From positions 960,001 to 1,024,000 of the forward strand of contig CAWGXH010000004.1 in NCBI GenBank assembly GCA_963826525.1: DNA of 64,000 nt, in the 5' to 3' direction. Both the position numbers and the translations under genes were made by a program. How positions within the stretch are numbered: the first letter of the stretch is position 1; the number at the start of each line of letters is the position of its first letter. Of this stretch, positions 11,144 to 21,358 are shown one piece after another. This stretch comes from an uncultured Methanomicrobiaceae archaeon. GTDB lineage: Archaea > Halobacteriota > Methanomicrobia > Methanomicrobiales > Methanoculleaceae. The notes beneath the pieces are model-generated. The model ran no database searches and was not told the origin of the DNA. It was given only the letters and a program-made list of their open reading frames with translations.

Positions 11144-11620
11144 TCAACTCCCTGCTTCTGCTCCTATTCTTGCCTCTTCTTTCGCACGTGTCCGATCTTC
11201 CATCGTCCGGCGTTTTTCTTCGAGAATGCCGGTCGCCGTCACGATCCCGTCGATGATCGACTCCGGCCGCGCGGCACAGCCCGGGACATAGACATCCACC
11301 GGTATAACCTTATCGACGCCTCCGACGATATTGTAGCATTCCCGGAATATCCCTCCGGAGGTCGCACAGATCCCGACGGCTACCACCACCTTCGGCTCGG
11401 GCATCTGCTCGTAGATGTTCCTGACGACCTCCCTGTTCAGCTCGTTGATCCCGCCGGTGATCACCAGGATATCGGCGTGTTTCGGGTTTCCGGTGTTGAT
11501 GATTCCGAACCGCTCCACATCGTAGAGCGGTGTCAAGCAGGCCAGCACCTCGATGTCGCAGCCGTTGCAGCTCGAGGCATCGTAGTGCAGGAGCCAGGGT
11601 GATCGCTTCAGGAACGCCAT
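11144..11620 (-). CDS. echC: Ech hydrogenase small subunit C (NuoB-like)
   Basis: SSCNGCDIE, NPKHAD, GICATSGG, VYVPGCAARPE. GGAGGAG SD before ATG 11620. Confidence 0.95.
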   Translation of the reverse strand: MAFLKRSPWLLHYDASSCNGCDIEVLACLTPLYDVERFGIINTGNPKHADILVITGGINELNREVVRNIYEQMPEPKVVVAVGICATSGGIFRECYNIVGGVDKVIPVDVYVPGCAARPESIIDGIVTATGILEEKRRTMEDRTRAKEEARIGAEAGS

Positions 11621-11625
11621 CGTCG

Positions 11626-12487
11626 TCACACTCCTCCCATGATATATGCAATGATAACCAGGTTCGCAAAGCCAAGGATCGCCGCCGCCCCCCACCCACT
11701 CTGGAGCGCCGACTGCCACCGCAGCCGGGCGGTGGTGTTGTCGATGAAGATCTCCGCGAAGTAGGTGATTGCGACCGCCACTATCCCGAGCACCGGGTTG
11801 AACCCAAAGAATAGGTAGATGAATCCGAGGAGAAAGATGTTTTCATACCAGTGGGCGATCTCGATCTGGCCGAGAGTTGCGCCGGAGAACTCGGTCGTTA
11901 TCCCCTTGACGATCTCCTGGTGCGCATGGTGCGAGGTCGAGATGTCGAAGGGTGATTTTCGCAGTTTAATCGTCAGGACGGTGAGAAACCCGAGGAAGAC
12001 GCCCGGAAGGTAGAGGATGATCGGAACCGTCGATGAGGCGATATCTGCCTGAGTAGAAACTCCCGGTGACCATGTAGAGACCGACCGCTGCGAGGATGAT
12101 CATCGGTTCGTAGGCCATGATCTGGATCAGCTCCCGCTCTGCCCCGATATGGCTGTAAGGCGAGTGGACTGAGTAGGCGCCGAGCACCAGGAAGACGTGG
12201 GCGAGCGTGAAGGCGAAGATGACGAGCAGCAGATCTCCGCCCGCAAAGAAGAGCGCTCCCGATACGACGATGAAGGTGAGGTAGGCGAGAACGTAGAAGT
12301 TCTGCGCTGTGGTGACCACGACGTTCTCCTTCTCGAAGAGTTTGCCGACGTCGTAGAAGGGCTGTAGCAGCGGCGGCCCGACCCTGCCCTGCATCCGGGC
12401 AGTGAGGATGCGGTCTATCCCGGCGACGAGCCCGCCGAAAAGGGGCGCGAGGAGAATGAAGAGAAGGGCACCGAGCAGTCCGTTCAT
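11626..12487 (-). CDS. echB: Ech hydrogenase membrane subunit B (NuoH-like), +1 frameshift near 12049
   Basis: ARMQGRVGPPLLQPFYDV at the N-terminus. After the shift it reads TIKLRKSPFDISTSHHAHQEIVKGITTEFSG and ends at TGA 11626-11628. Confidence 0.9.
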
Positions 12488-14385
12488 GCCGCCACCCCCA
12501 CGAGCAGCCAGGATGCCAGAATAAACACAGTGCAGAGCGCCGTTCCGACCGGAAGCAGCCGGTCTTCGCCGAAGTAGCCGATCAGGTAATAGTTCCTCGT
12601 CGTCATCTCCCGTGCGACCCCCATCGAGCCCAGAAATCGCATATCCGGGGTGGTTGTTCTCCCGCTCATATAGGGGGGAAGGCGTTTCGCGCTCTGCCGG
12701 AAGAGCAGGAAGGAGACGGGCAGGATAAGGAGCAGGAAGAGCATCAGTGCCATGATGGCGATATTAGCCTGCGAAAGGCGTGCCGTTGTGCCGTAGATCG
12801 AAAAGACATAGGGTTCTATCAGCACCGATGAGATGAGTGGGAAGAGAAAGACCGTGGCTGCCACGAGCGCGGTGAGCACGTACAGCGGAGCCCACCGCTC
12901 CTGCCTGAAACTCTTCTCGACCTTTGTGCGGTACCGGGTGACCGCCACAAGCTTGCCCATCCACTTCGCCCAGAAGAAGACCGTGACCGCACCGCCGTAC
13001 GCGAGGATGGCGACGAATATGAGGCCATAGGGTGCCTGCACGAACCCTTCGATGGCCGCCCACTTGGAGATGAGCATTCCGAAGGGTGCGAGGAACATCC
13101 CGGCGATCCCAATGAACATCATCACTGCCATCTTCGGCATCCGGACGATCAGTCCCTCCATATCCTCGATGTCCCTGCTGTGGATCCGGTGTTCGACGGT
13201 GCCGACGCAGAGGAAGAGGAGCGACTTCGAGATGGCGTGGAAGATGATCAGCAGGATCGCCGCCCAGACGAGCATGGGCGTTCCCACCCCGGCGCAGGCG
13301 GCGATCAGTCCGAGGTTTGCGACGGTCGAGTAGGCTAAGACGGATTTTGCGTCGCTCTGCGAGATCGCTATCGCAGATGCGACGAGGAACGTCACGGCAC
13401 CGACCATCCCGATCGAGACTCCGGCCAGCGTCCCGGCGTAGACCGGGGCGAACCGCACCAGGATGTAGACTCCTGCCTTCACCATCGTGCTTGAGTGGAG
13501 GAGGGCGGAGACCGGTGTCGGGGCGACCATCGCCCCGAGGAGCCAGGTGGAGAAGGGCATCAGCGCCGCTTTGGTTATCCCGGCAAACCCGATCAGGACG
13601 GCAGGAAGGATGGCTATCGCCTCCCCGGAGGCGAGGAGTTGGTCGAGCTCGAGGATATGGCCGGCCGGATCAATCGCCGCAAGATAGATCAGGGCGGCAG
13701 CGAATGCGATACCGCCGAGCAGGTTCATATTAAGCGCCCGAAAGGCGTTCCGTGTCGCTTCCGTCGTCTCCGAGTACCCGATCAGTAGGAAGGAGCTGAT
13801 GGTGGTCACCTCCCAGAAGAAGAATATCCACTGGAGGTTGTTTGAGAATATCAGGCCGAACATGGCGGCGAGGAAGACGAAGATGACGAAGAAGAAGAAC
13901 CGCTGCCGGTCACGCACCTCCGGGTGCTCGCTATGGTAGGTTTCCATGTAGCGGAGAGCGTACACTGCGATGAGGCTGCCGATGATCCCGATGATCAGAG
14001 CCATGATGACGGAGAACTGGTCGATGAAGAGATTGTTCACCGGGTGGAGGCCTTCTGCATACAGGAGCTCGAACGAGACGATCAGGGCGGTCTGTACCGT
14101 GATGAGTGCGATCGCCAGATAGTTCCTGAACCGGAGACCGAGGTAGGCGATATAGGCCGCTAGGCCCAGTTCGACGATCACCATGATCCGGCTCACCGGC
14201 TCCGACGGGACGGCAAAGAGTATCAGATCCTGCATTCCGTAGACGGCGAGCAGGAGAACTGAGGCGGCGCCGATTACCACGGCAGCGGCGGTGACCAACG
14301 CGAACCGGATCTTTTTCCGGTTCGCGAGCAGCATCCCGACGGCGATGACAGCGGGAAAGAGTATCAGAAACAGCAGTGTCTCCAC
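12484..14385 (-). CDS. echA: Ech hydrogenase antiporter-like membrane subunit A (NuoL-like)
   Basis: FFWEVTT, KAALMPFSTWLLGAMVAPTPVSALLHSSTMVKAGVY and many transmembrane helices. Confidence 0.95.
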   Translation of the reverse strand: METLLFLILFPAVIAVGMLLANRKKIRFALVTAAAVVIGAASVLLLAVYGMQDLILFAVPSEPVSRIMVIVELGLAAYIAYLGLRFRNYLAIALITVQTALIVSFELLYAEGLHPVNNLFIDQFSVIMALIIGIIGSLIAVYALRYMETYHSEHPEVRDRQRFFFFVIFVFLAAMFGLIFSNNLQWIFFFWEVTTISSFLLIGYSETTEATRNAFRALNMNLLGGIAFAAALIYLAAIDPAGHILELDQLLASGEAIAILPAVLIGFAGITKAALMPFSTWLLGAMVAPTPVSALLHSSTMVKAGVYILVRFAPVYAGTLAGVSIGMVGAVTFLVASAIAISQSDAKSVLAYSTVANLGLIAACAGVGTPMLVWAAILLIIFHAISKSLLFLCVGTVEHRIHSRDIEDMEGLIVRMPKMAVMMFIGIAGMFLAPFGMLISKWAAIEGFVQAPYGLIFVAILAYGGAVTVFFWAKWMGKLVAVTRYRTKVEKSFRQERWAPLYVLTALVAATVFLFPLISSVLIEPYVFSIYGTTARLSQANIAIMALMLFLLLILPVSFLLFRQSAKRLPPYMSGRTTTPDMRFLGSMGVAREMTTRNYYLIGYFGEDRLLPVGTALCTVFILASWLLVGVAA

Positions 14386-14469
14386 AAAAGCCCCTCGAAT
14401 GGTTACTATACCTGATCTACATTATTAATCATTCTAAATTGTGCGGTGGGTCAGGGCTGCCTGTCCGTC

Positions 14470-14838
14470 TCAGGCCCGCTCTTTTACGTTCCTGACTCCG
14501 CCGCCCGGGTGGCGTGAATCGCCCCGGTAGCGCGGGATGAAGTGGACGTGGACGTGCATAACTCCCTGCCCGGCCACCTCGCCGATATTGACGCCGATAT
14601 TGTAGCCATCGGGGTGGTGTTCGCGGTCGACGATCGCTTTGCAGTCCTCGGCGAGCCGTGCGAGCGCCAGCCGTTCCGCATCGGTCGTCTCAAAAGCGCT
14701 GGCTACGTGCCGGAAGGGGATGAGGAGGAGGTGTCCGGGGTTCACCGGGTGGATGTCGTAGCGGGCGTAAGCGAGATCGTTCTTCGCCACGATGACCGCC
14801 GGGTCGGGGTTGCAGAAGGGGCATGCCATGCTCCCCAC
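14470..14838 (-). CDS. HIT-family nucleotide hydrolase
   Basis: CPFC zinc motif, HPVNPGHLL, AGQGVMHVHVHFIPR histidine triad. Confidence 0.92.
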   Translation of the reverse strand: MGSMACPFCNPDPAVIVAKNDLAYARYDIHPVNPGHLLLIPFRHVASAFETTDAERLALARLAEDCKAIVDREHHPDGYNIGVNIGEVAGQGVMHVHVHFIPRYRGDSRHPGGGVRNVKERA

Positions 14839-14877
14839 TCCTCACCGATCCGATATGAGCCTTTCCGCACGTCCCCC

Positions 14878-16056
14878 TCACCCGAGCAGCCCGGCGATCA
14901 GCCTCCCGATCCTGCTCCGCTCAAGCGCGATCGCCTCATTCGTGCACATCTCGTGGCAGCAGTAGCAGCGAATGCACCGTGTGAGATCGATGACCGCCTT
15001 TCCGTTCTGCACTGTTATGGCTCCCATCGGGCAGATCCGCTCGCACTTTCTGCAGCTGGTGCACGACGCTGCTATGACCTTCGGTGAGAGGGCATAGGCC
15101 GCGCCGAACCGCTGGACGACGGCGAGGAGCGCCCGCCGCCAGATCCCGGTTCTGCCCCCGGTATAGGTGGATGGCTTTTTGAAGTCGGGCACTGCTATCT
15201 CGTCCGGCGGGACACCCCGCGTCACGACGCCGGCAAAGTCAGGGTCGACGAGTCCGCGGTTTACGGCGGCCCGGATCGACCCGATCTCCAGCGGGTCGTA
15301 CCCGATGAGGCGGGCGAGCACCACGTCCATGGCCGTATAACTACCGCTCGCGAGGACGGCGCCGATCTTTCGTGGCGTCCCCGACTGCGGCCCATCGCCC
15401 TCCATCCCTACGATCGCATCCATGATCTGGAGGCGGGGCTTCATCAGCTCGTTGAGGTCGACGAGCATCCTTCCGAACTCCGCTTCGTCCCTGAACCGGA
15501 AGTGGAAGGCGGGTTTTTCAAAGCCTGGTATCAGGCCGAAGAGGTTCTTCGTCGCCCCGCTCATCCGCGTCCACATATGCGTCTTCGCCTTCGAGACGAC
15601 CACAATCGCATCGGCTTTGAGTGCCGGGGTGATGATCGAAAAGCGCTTCATCACCTCGGCGTCAGGAAAAGGAACTTCCCGGTGGCCGGGGTCGAGGTTG
15701 ACGTCAATCCCGAGTTCTTCGGCGACCGCAGCGAATCCGGAGGCGGTATATGCCCGGCGAAGGTTCCCTTCGGAGTAGACGATCCCGGCTCCCGGGCTGT
15801 CGGCGATCACCACCCGGCAGCCGTGTTCGGTGAGGAGCTCTGCGACGGCGAAGACCACCTCGGGATGGGTGGTGACGCACCGTCCGGGGTCGGATCCCTG
15901 CAGCATATTCGGCTTCAAAAGGACGGTCTCGCCCGGCGAGACGAAGGCGTTCATCCCGCCGAGAAATTCGACCGCTTCCCTGACCGCCTTCCTGACCTCT
16001 TCACGGCGGTATCCGTCGCAGCGGACGATGGATACCGGTATCTCAGCTGCTGCCAT
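14878..16056 (-). CDS. DUF362 domain protein with C-terminal 2x[4Fe-4S] ferredoxin
   Basis: VLLKPNML, TTHPEVV, KAKTH...SGATKNLFG, MEGDGP, CTSCRKCERICP, CIRCYCCHEMC. Confidence 0.88.
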   Translation of the reverse strand: MAAAEIPVSIVRCDGYRREEVRKAVREAVEFLGGMNAFVSPGETVLLKPNMLQGSDPGRCVTTHPEVVFAVAELLTEHGCRVVIADSPGAGIVYSEGNLRRAYTASGFAAVAEELGIDVNLDPGHREVPFPDAEVMKRFSIITPALKADAIVVVSKAKTHMWTRMSGATKNLFGLIPGFEKPAFHFRFRDEAEFGRMLVDLNELMKPRLQIMDAIVGMEGDGPQSGTPRKIGAVLASGSYTAMDVVLARLIGYDPLEIGSIRAAVNRGLVDPDFAGVVTRGVPPDEIAVPDFKKPSTYTGGRTGIWRRALLAVVQRFGAAYALSPKVIAASCTSCRKCERICPMGAITVQNGKAVIDLTRCIRCYCCHEMCTNEAIALERSRIGRLIAGLLG

Positions 16057-16084
16057 GCTCGCTTCCTGTAGGGTGCCGCAGTTC

Positions 16085-16867
16085 TTATCCTCTCCCCTCG
16101 CCGAGCCGGGTGAGGGCATCCTCTGCAGCAAGCATGGCGGCACCCTGCTTGGTGCTGTCGGTTCCCTCGCCCCATGCCTGCTTTCCGAGCAGTACCCGTG
16201 CAGTCCAGGTGGCGGCTTTATCAGGCCCTGTCTGTCGGTACTCATACTCGACGTTCCCGAGTTTCCGCCGGCCCGCGAGCTCCTGAAGTCTTCCTTTATA
16301 GTTCTGCGAGAGATCGAACCGCTCGATCTCCTCCGAAAAGATCGCAAGGATGATCGTCCGCACCGCCTCCATGCCGCGGTCGAGGTAGATAGCGCCGAGA
16401 AGTGCCTCGAATGCGTCGGCGATGACGGCGTCGGTGAGAACCTGGCCCCGCCGCCGTAGCGCTCCGTCGATTCCGAGATTCCGGGAGAGGGCGATATCTG
16501 CCAGATTATCGTTCCCGGTCACCTGAAGCCGTTTGTTCAACTCGCCGGGAGGGAGGTTGTAGTGGGTGTACAGGTAATCGGCAACGACGAAGTCGAGGAC
16601 GTAATTGCCGAGAAATTCGAGCCGTTCGTTGTCTCCGGAGGCGGAGAGCCGGTACCGTGTCCCTTCAACGTAAGATCGGTGCGTTAACGCCCGGTCGTAG
16701 AGCAGAAGCGCTTCTGCATCTACTATCTCGAGATTGAACGGCGGTGCGCTGAGGAGCCACCGGAGCTCCGCCTCGCGGTCGGGAGCCGGCGGGAGGGGTC
16801 TCTCTTCGCGGTGCCGTTGCAGAAAGGAGGGGATCCTCAGTCTGATCGGGAATGCAGGGAACTTCAT
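16085..16867 (-). CDS. rnc: Ribonuclease III with C-terminal dsRBD; signature Asp replaced by Asn
   Basis: ALTHRSY, NERLEFLGN(YVL), ADAFEALLGAIYLDRG, dsRBD NYKGRLQE...GEGTDSTKQGAAMLAA. Confidence 0.88.
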   Translation of the reverse strand: MKFPAFPIRLRIPSFLQRHREERPLPPAPDREAELRWLLSAPPFNLEIVDAEALLLYDRALTHRSYVEGTRYRLSASGDNERLEFLGNYVLDFVVADYLYTHYNLPPGELNKRLQVTGNDNLADIALSRNLGIDGALRRRGQVLTDAVIADAFEALLGAIYLDRGMEAVRTIILAIFSEEIERFDLSQNYKGRLQELAGRRKLGNVEYEYRQTGPDKAATWTARVLLGKQAWGEGTDSTKQGAAMLAAEDALTRLGEGRG

Positions 16868-16982
16868 AGGTGGAAGTGTTGATGAATGTCCGCGTTGCGC
16901 CAACTTATAACCGCCCCTCCCTTCCGGAGGGGAAGGCTCTTCACCCCCGCGGGTATACAGACGCCCCGGGAAGCGGGGTGGT

Positions 16983-17813
16983 ATGGTCGATATCTGGACG
17001 GTGCTCGTGGTGGTCGTTGTCATCATACTGGTTTTGCCGGTTTTTCTGCGTTTCGTCACTCGGACCCGTCGTATCAGGATGATCCGGACGATCGAAGAGA
17101 TGCGGGCAACACGGGTGATCACCCTGATCCACCGGCAGGAGCGCGTGACGTTCCTCGGCATCCCCCTCGTCCGCTACATCGACATCACCGACGCCGAAGA
17201 TCTTCTGCGGGCTATCCGGCTCACTCCGGCAACCATGCCGATCGATCTGGTCGTCCACACGCCGGGCGGCCTCGTTCTCCCGGCAGAGCAGATTGCAATG
17301 GCGCTCAAACGGCACTCCGCCCCTGTCACGGCCTTTGTCCCCCACTATGCGATGTCCGGGGGGACGCTGCTCTGCCTTGCAGCTTCCCGGGTGGTGATGG
17401 ATGAAAACGCCGTCCTCGGACCGGTCGATCCGATCGTAGGACGATATCCTGCGGCGTCGATCCTGCACGCAGCCCGCGTAAAAGATGTCAACGAGGTCGA
17501 CGACGAGACGCTCATCCTTGCGGATATCGCCGGAAAAGCCCGAAATCAGATGCAGGAGTTCGTCCGCGCTATGCTCGCCGGGACAGTGGATGCAGAGATT
17601 GGGGCGCGGATAGCCGATGCCCTGACCGGCGGGGTGTGGACGCACGACTATCCGATAACCTGCCGCGAGGCCGCCGGGATAGGGCTCCCGGTCTCCTGCG
17701 GAATGCCGGAGGAGATACACCGGCTAATGGAACTCTTCCCGCAGGCGATGCCGGGGCGCCCTGCGGTCGAGTATATCCCGGTGCCGTACTGGAAGAAGGG
17801 AGAGCGGCGATAG
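16983..17813 (+). CDS. SDH-family Clp-fold serine protease (DUF114), membrane anchored
   Basis: N-terminal transmembrane helix, DLVVHTPGG, HYAMSGGT, GPVDP, WTHDYPI. Confidence 0.88.
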   Translation: MVDIWTVLVVVVVIILVLPVFLRFVTRTRRIRMIRTIEEMRATRVITLIHRQERVTFLGIPLVRYIDITDAEDLLRAIRLTPATMPIDLVVHTPGGLVLPAEQIAMALKRHSAPVTAFVPHYAMSGGTLLCLAASRVVMDENAVLGPVDPIVGRYPAASILHAARVKDVNEVDDETLILADIAGKARNQMQEFVRAMLAGTVDAEIGARIADALTGGVWTHDYPITCREAAGIGLPVSCGMPEEIHRLMELFPQAMPGRPAVEYIPVPYWKKGERR

Positions 17814-17895
17814 GTCACTCTATCCGGGGAACTCTGGCGGAATCTTTTACCCGTACGAGGCCTCAAACTATGTATCCCGCTGCCGGGGAGGTGCG

Positions 17896-18648
17896 ATGAT
17901 ATCCGGTGATACTGCATACCTGGATCTCGAGTTCGGATACGTTTACGGGACGGCGCGAGCCGTGATCATGCCGATCGAGATCGGCGTGGTCGTCCACCGC
18001 CGCGAGGACGACTCCGTCAGGTATGCGGGAGACGTGTTCCGCTACGACATCGACGTCGAGATCTGGAAGAAGGTCGCCGACGACTGCGGGCGCACCGTCG
18101 GCGTCTCGACGTCGGTCGCGAACACCGGCGAGGGTGTCTACGGGAAACCCTACGACCACTATTTCCGCCTCGCCGGAGAAGGCGTTTCCTCATCTCAGAC
18201 GTTCTCCCGAGCGGCGTTTGCGGATCTGCGCACTTTTATGAATAACCTCCTCACGAACGGGGAGGTTTCGACGCTGGTCGTCTTTGCGGCTGATATGGAG
18301 AAGATGGCGTTTCGCGAGGCTGATATCCTAACTGAGAGTTACACACTCGTCGATCTCCAGCGGGAGATCAAGCGGCATATGTCGCTGCGCGATCTCCTCT
18401 CGCTCGATAGGGCGTCCCGTCTCGTCGACTTCCGAGCAGACAACGGCGTTATCGCCTCAGCGCATTTCGAGTACCCGATCCCGGCCGCGTTCCAGGGCTG
18501 CCTGCAACCCCACCGGGGGATGGGCGATGCCGCACGGATATTTCTCCTTGCACGGGAGTTCTTCGACCGGCGGGAGGCTTTTACAAAGAGAATAGAAGCG
18601 CTCACCCGGGTATGCGCGGCGCCCCGCGAGCCGGAGAGCGGCAGGTGA
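17896..18648 (+). CDS. Divergent DEDDh (DnaQ-like) 3'-5' exonuclease-family protein, copy 2
   Basis: YLDLEFG, VDLQ...LSLDRAS, PHRGMGDA. GGGGAGGTG SD. Collinear paralog of 7100-7876. Confidence 0.6.
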   Translation: MISGDTAYLDLEFGYVYGTARAVIMPIEIGVVVHRREDDSVRYAGDVFRYDIDVEIWKKVADDCGRTVGVSTSVANTGEGVYGKPYDHYFRLAGEGVSSSQTFSRAAFADLRTFMNNLLTNGEVSTLVVFAADMEKMAFREADILTESYTLVDLQREIKRHMSLRDLLSLDRASRLVDFRADNGVIASAHFEYPIPAAFQGCLQPHRGMGDAARIFLLAREFFDRREAFTKRIEALTRVCAAPREPESGR

Positions 18649-18799
18649 TTATACCGGATGCAGGCGACGATACTGTGCTGGATCGGGTTTTGGGAGAGAG
18701 TAGCGATCGTGGCGGCATGATTGGCTGCACCTCGGAGCGAGAGGGTTCCTGTCAGATCTCCGACGTCGTTCGCGCGGAGCATGATCCCCTGTCTCTGCA

Positions 18800-20044
18800 T
18801 CAGATCGTGAGATAGTTGAGTGCCGGATCGTGGGACCCCGAGATGAGCAGGGAGCGGTTGACATCCTCCTCGGGTTCCATCAGGCGGACATCGATCTCCG
18901 TCCCCGTAGCGATCTCTTCGACGGCAGGGGGGATGTGCAGATAGCCGTTCGCCCGGAGAGCGGCCATCTGCATCCCGGCGTCCCTCCTCTCGGGGAGCGC
19001 AACGTGGTGAGCTCCGAGGCGTGTGACCGTCATAAGGATAAATTCATCGTAACCGGGCTTTGACGTGAGTGGCTGGGCGAGTCGAGCACGGACGCTCCCG
19101 GTGGGGCGGGCTCTGAATCCCCAGGAGGCCAGCAGCGGCATGGCGATCTCCCGGAGGATCGTCAGTGCCGCCGCCGGATTTCCCGGAAGCCCGATCACGG
19201 GTGTATCGTCAACCCTCCCGATTATTGCCGGCCTCCCCGGTTTCACGGCAATTCCGTGGGCCAGCACCTCCCCGAGCCCGGCAATGGCACTTGCCGTGAA
19301 GTCCCGCATCCCTGCCGACGATCCTGCCGAGATCAGGACGAGATCGTTCTCCCGGGCACCGGTCTCGATCGCTCTCCGGATCAGGTCGGGTTCATCCCGG
19401 ACAATGGGATGGCGGGCCGGGGTTGCCCCGACTTCGGCAAGCCACACGGATGCCACGGCAACATTGCTCTCGATCACCTGCCCTGGCTCCGGGAGCGTGC
19501 CAAGGGGAACGAGCTCGTTGCCGGTGGGAATGAGGCCGACCCTGACTGCATCGACAGTGACCTCCGTGATGCCGCAGGTCGTGAGCGCACCGATGTCGTA
19601 GGATCTGATTCGGTGGCCTGCAGGGAGGAGTCTTGCTCCTGCTTGAATCTCTTCTCCGTGTCTCCTGATGTACTGCCACGGGCAGGCGTTCTGCCGAACA
19701 ATCCATCCTCCCGATACCCCGTCCTGCCGGAGGTCCTCGATCATGATGACCGCATCGTACCCGGGGGGCACAGCATTGCCGGTGTTGACCCGGACAGCAT
19801 CGGTAACGGTTACCGGGTGGCGAGCGCTCGCACCGCATGTGTCGCTGCTCTTAACCGCAATGCCGTCCCTTGCTGCGACGTTCACCCCGGGCAGGGTGAG
19901 GGGGGAGAAGATCGGCTGATAGGTTACTCTCCCGACCGATCCAAGAACCGGAATACGCTCGCTCCGATCGGGTTTTGGGAATGAACCCGTGACCAGTGAG
20001 ACTGCTTGTTGTAGGGGGAGGAGGGACTGATGTCTCCTCACCAT
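18800..20044 (-). CDS. moeA: Molybdopterin molybdo/tungstotransferase MoeA (type normally fused to a PBP domain), C-terminally truncated
   Basis: ARDGIAV, VNTGNAVP, IPTGNEL, SAGSSAG, IAVKPGRP, GLPGNP. It ends just after GSHDPALN, the start of the PBP domain. Confidence 0.85.
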   Translation of the reverse strand: MVRRHQSLLPLQQAVSLVTGSFPKPDRSERIPVLGSVGRVTYQPIFSPLTLPGVNVAARDGIAVKSSDTCGASARHPVTVTDAVRVNTGNAVPPGYDAVIMIEDLRQDGVSGGWIVRQNACPWQYIRRHGEEIQAGARLLPAGHRIRSYDIGALTTCGITEVTVDAVRVGLIPTGNELVPLGTLPEPGQVIESNVAVASVWLAEVGATPARHPIVRDEPDLIRRAIETGARENDLVLISAGSSAGMRDFTASAIAGLGEVLAHGIAVKPGRPAIIGRVDDTPVIGLPGNPAAALTILREIAMPLLASWGFRARPTGSVRARLAQPLTSKPGYDEFILMTVTRLGAHHVALPERRDAGMQMAALRANGYLHIPPAVEEIATGTEIDVRLMEPEEDVNRSLLISGSHDPALNYLTI

Positions 20045-21246
20045 AAATGAACCTCGACCTCGTCACTGGTATCGAGCCCTTCGCAGACCGGGCCGATCCT
20101 GACGATGCCGTCGCTCTGGACGAGCGTATTGAGGAGGCCTGACTTTCCGAAGAGCGGGACGGCTTCGTTCCCGAGAATCTTGACACGGATGTACTCCTCC
20201 CGGCCCCTTTCGGACGGGATATTCTGTGACAACCTGACTTTTCTGGTTGGCTCCCTGCTCGTCAGGCAGCGGGTCAGTGCATTCATCAGGTGGCCGCCAA
20301 GCAGCGTGAGCACGACGAAGGCGGCTGCCGGGTGACCGGGAATGCCGATGACGGGAGTTTTGTCGATGCGGCCGATGATCGTCGGTTTGCCGGGTGCGAG
20401 TGCAATGCCGTGAGCTAAAACCTCCCCAAGCCCGGCAAGTACCCCGGCGGTGATATCCCGGTCATCCTTCGAGCTGCCACCGGAGATCAGGATTGCGTCG
20501 CATTCGGCAACCGCCCTCTCGAGTGCCGCCCGGAGTTCCCCGGGGTCGTCTTTGACAACGCTGTAATACTTTGGAACGCCCCCCCGCTCTTCGACGAATG
20601 CGCCGCAGAGATAGGTGTTGACATCCCGGACCTCCCCGAGGGCAGGTGTCCTGTCCGGGGAGATCAGTTCGACGCCGGTCGAGATGATGCCGATCTTCGG
20701 CCGCAATCTGACCGGCACGAGGAGTGCCCCTACCGCCGCGAGGATCCCGATATCCTGCACTTTCAGAAGCCTGCCGGCGGTGAATACGCCCTCGCCTTTC
20801 CTGAAGTCCTCGTCCTGGCAGAGGATATCTTCACCCGGTGCGACTGGCCGCGTCACCCGAACGGTATCTCCGAGGTTCTGGCAGTATTCGGACATCACAA
20901 CCGCGTCGGCACCGCGGGGCAGCATGCCGCCCGTCGGGACATAGGCACACTCCCCCCTCCTGATCGTTCCGCGCCCCTTCTGCTGCCCCATGGAGACCCG
21001 CTGGGCGGATGTGAGGGCGACAGGAGCCGATTCGGTTGCCTGATTGGTGTCCTGTGCGATCACCGCATAGCCATCTTTAACCGAACGATCAAAGCCGGGA
21101 ATGTTGATGTCTGCCTGAATATCCTCTGAGAGAACCCTACCGCGAGCCTCGGTCAACAGAACATATTCGGTACCCATCTCCGGAGCAATACGGGAGATCA
21201 GGTTGAGTGCATCCAGGACAGAAATTAAACGGAAAAACTGGCTCAT
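20038..21246 (-). CDS. moeA: Molybdopterin molybdo/tungstotransferase MoeA
   Basis: PGFDRSVKDGYAV, PTGGMLPRGADAVVM, ISTGVEL, SGGSS, IALAPGKPT, GIPGHP. Confidence 0.92.
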   Translation of the reverse strand: MSQFFRLISVLDALNLISRIAPEMGTEYVLLTEARGRVLSEDIQADINIPGFDRSVKDGYAVIAQDTNQATESAPVALTSAQRVSMGQQKGRGTIRRGECAYVPTGGMLPRGADAVVMSEYCQNLGDTVRVTRPVAPGEDILCQDEDFRKGEGVFTAGRLLKVQDIGILAAVGALLVPVRLRPKIGIISTGVELISPDRTPALGEVRDVNTYLCGAFVEERGGVPKYYSVVKDDPGELRAALERAVAECDAILISGGSSKDDRDITAGVLAGLGEVLAHGIALAPGKPTIIGRIDKTPVIGIPGHPAAAFVVLTLLGGHLMNALTRCLTSREPTRKVRLSQNIPSERGREEYIRVKILGNEAVPLFGKSGLLNTLVQSDGIVRIGPVCEGLDTSDEVEVHLW

Positions 21247-21358
21247 AGTTGGTGACTCCGGTGGGTTTGCTGGGGTTGATAAATTATTTTCATTTACAAA
21301 AATATAATGTTTACTGTATCTCGTATACTCCTCCGGAGAAAAAAAGGAATGGGGAAGA

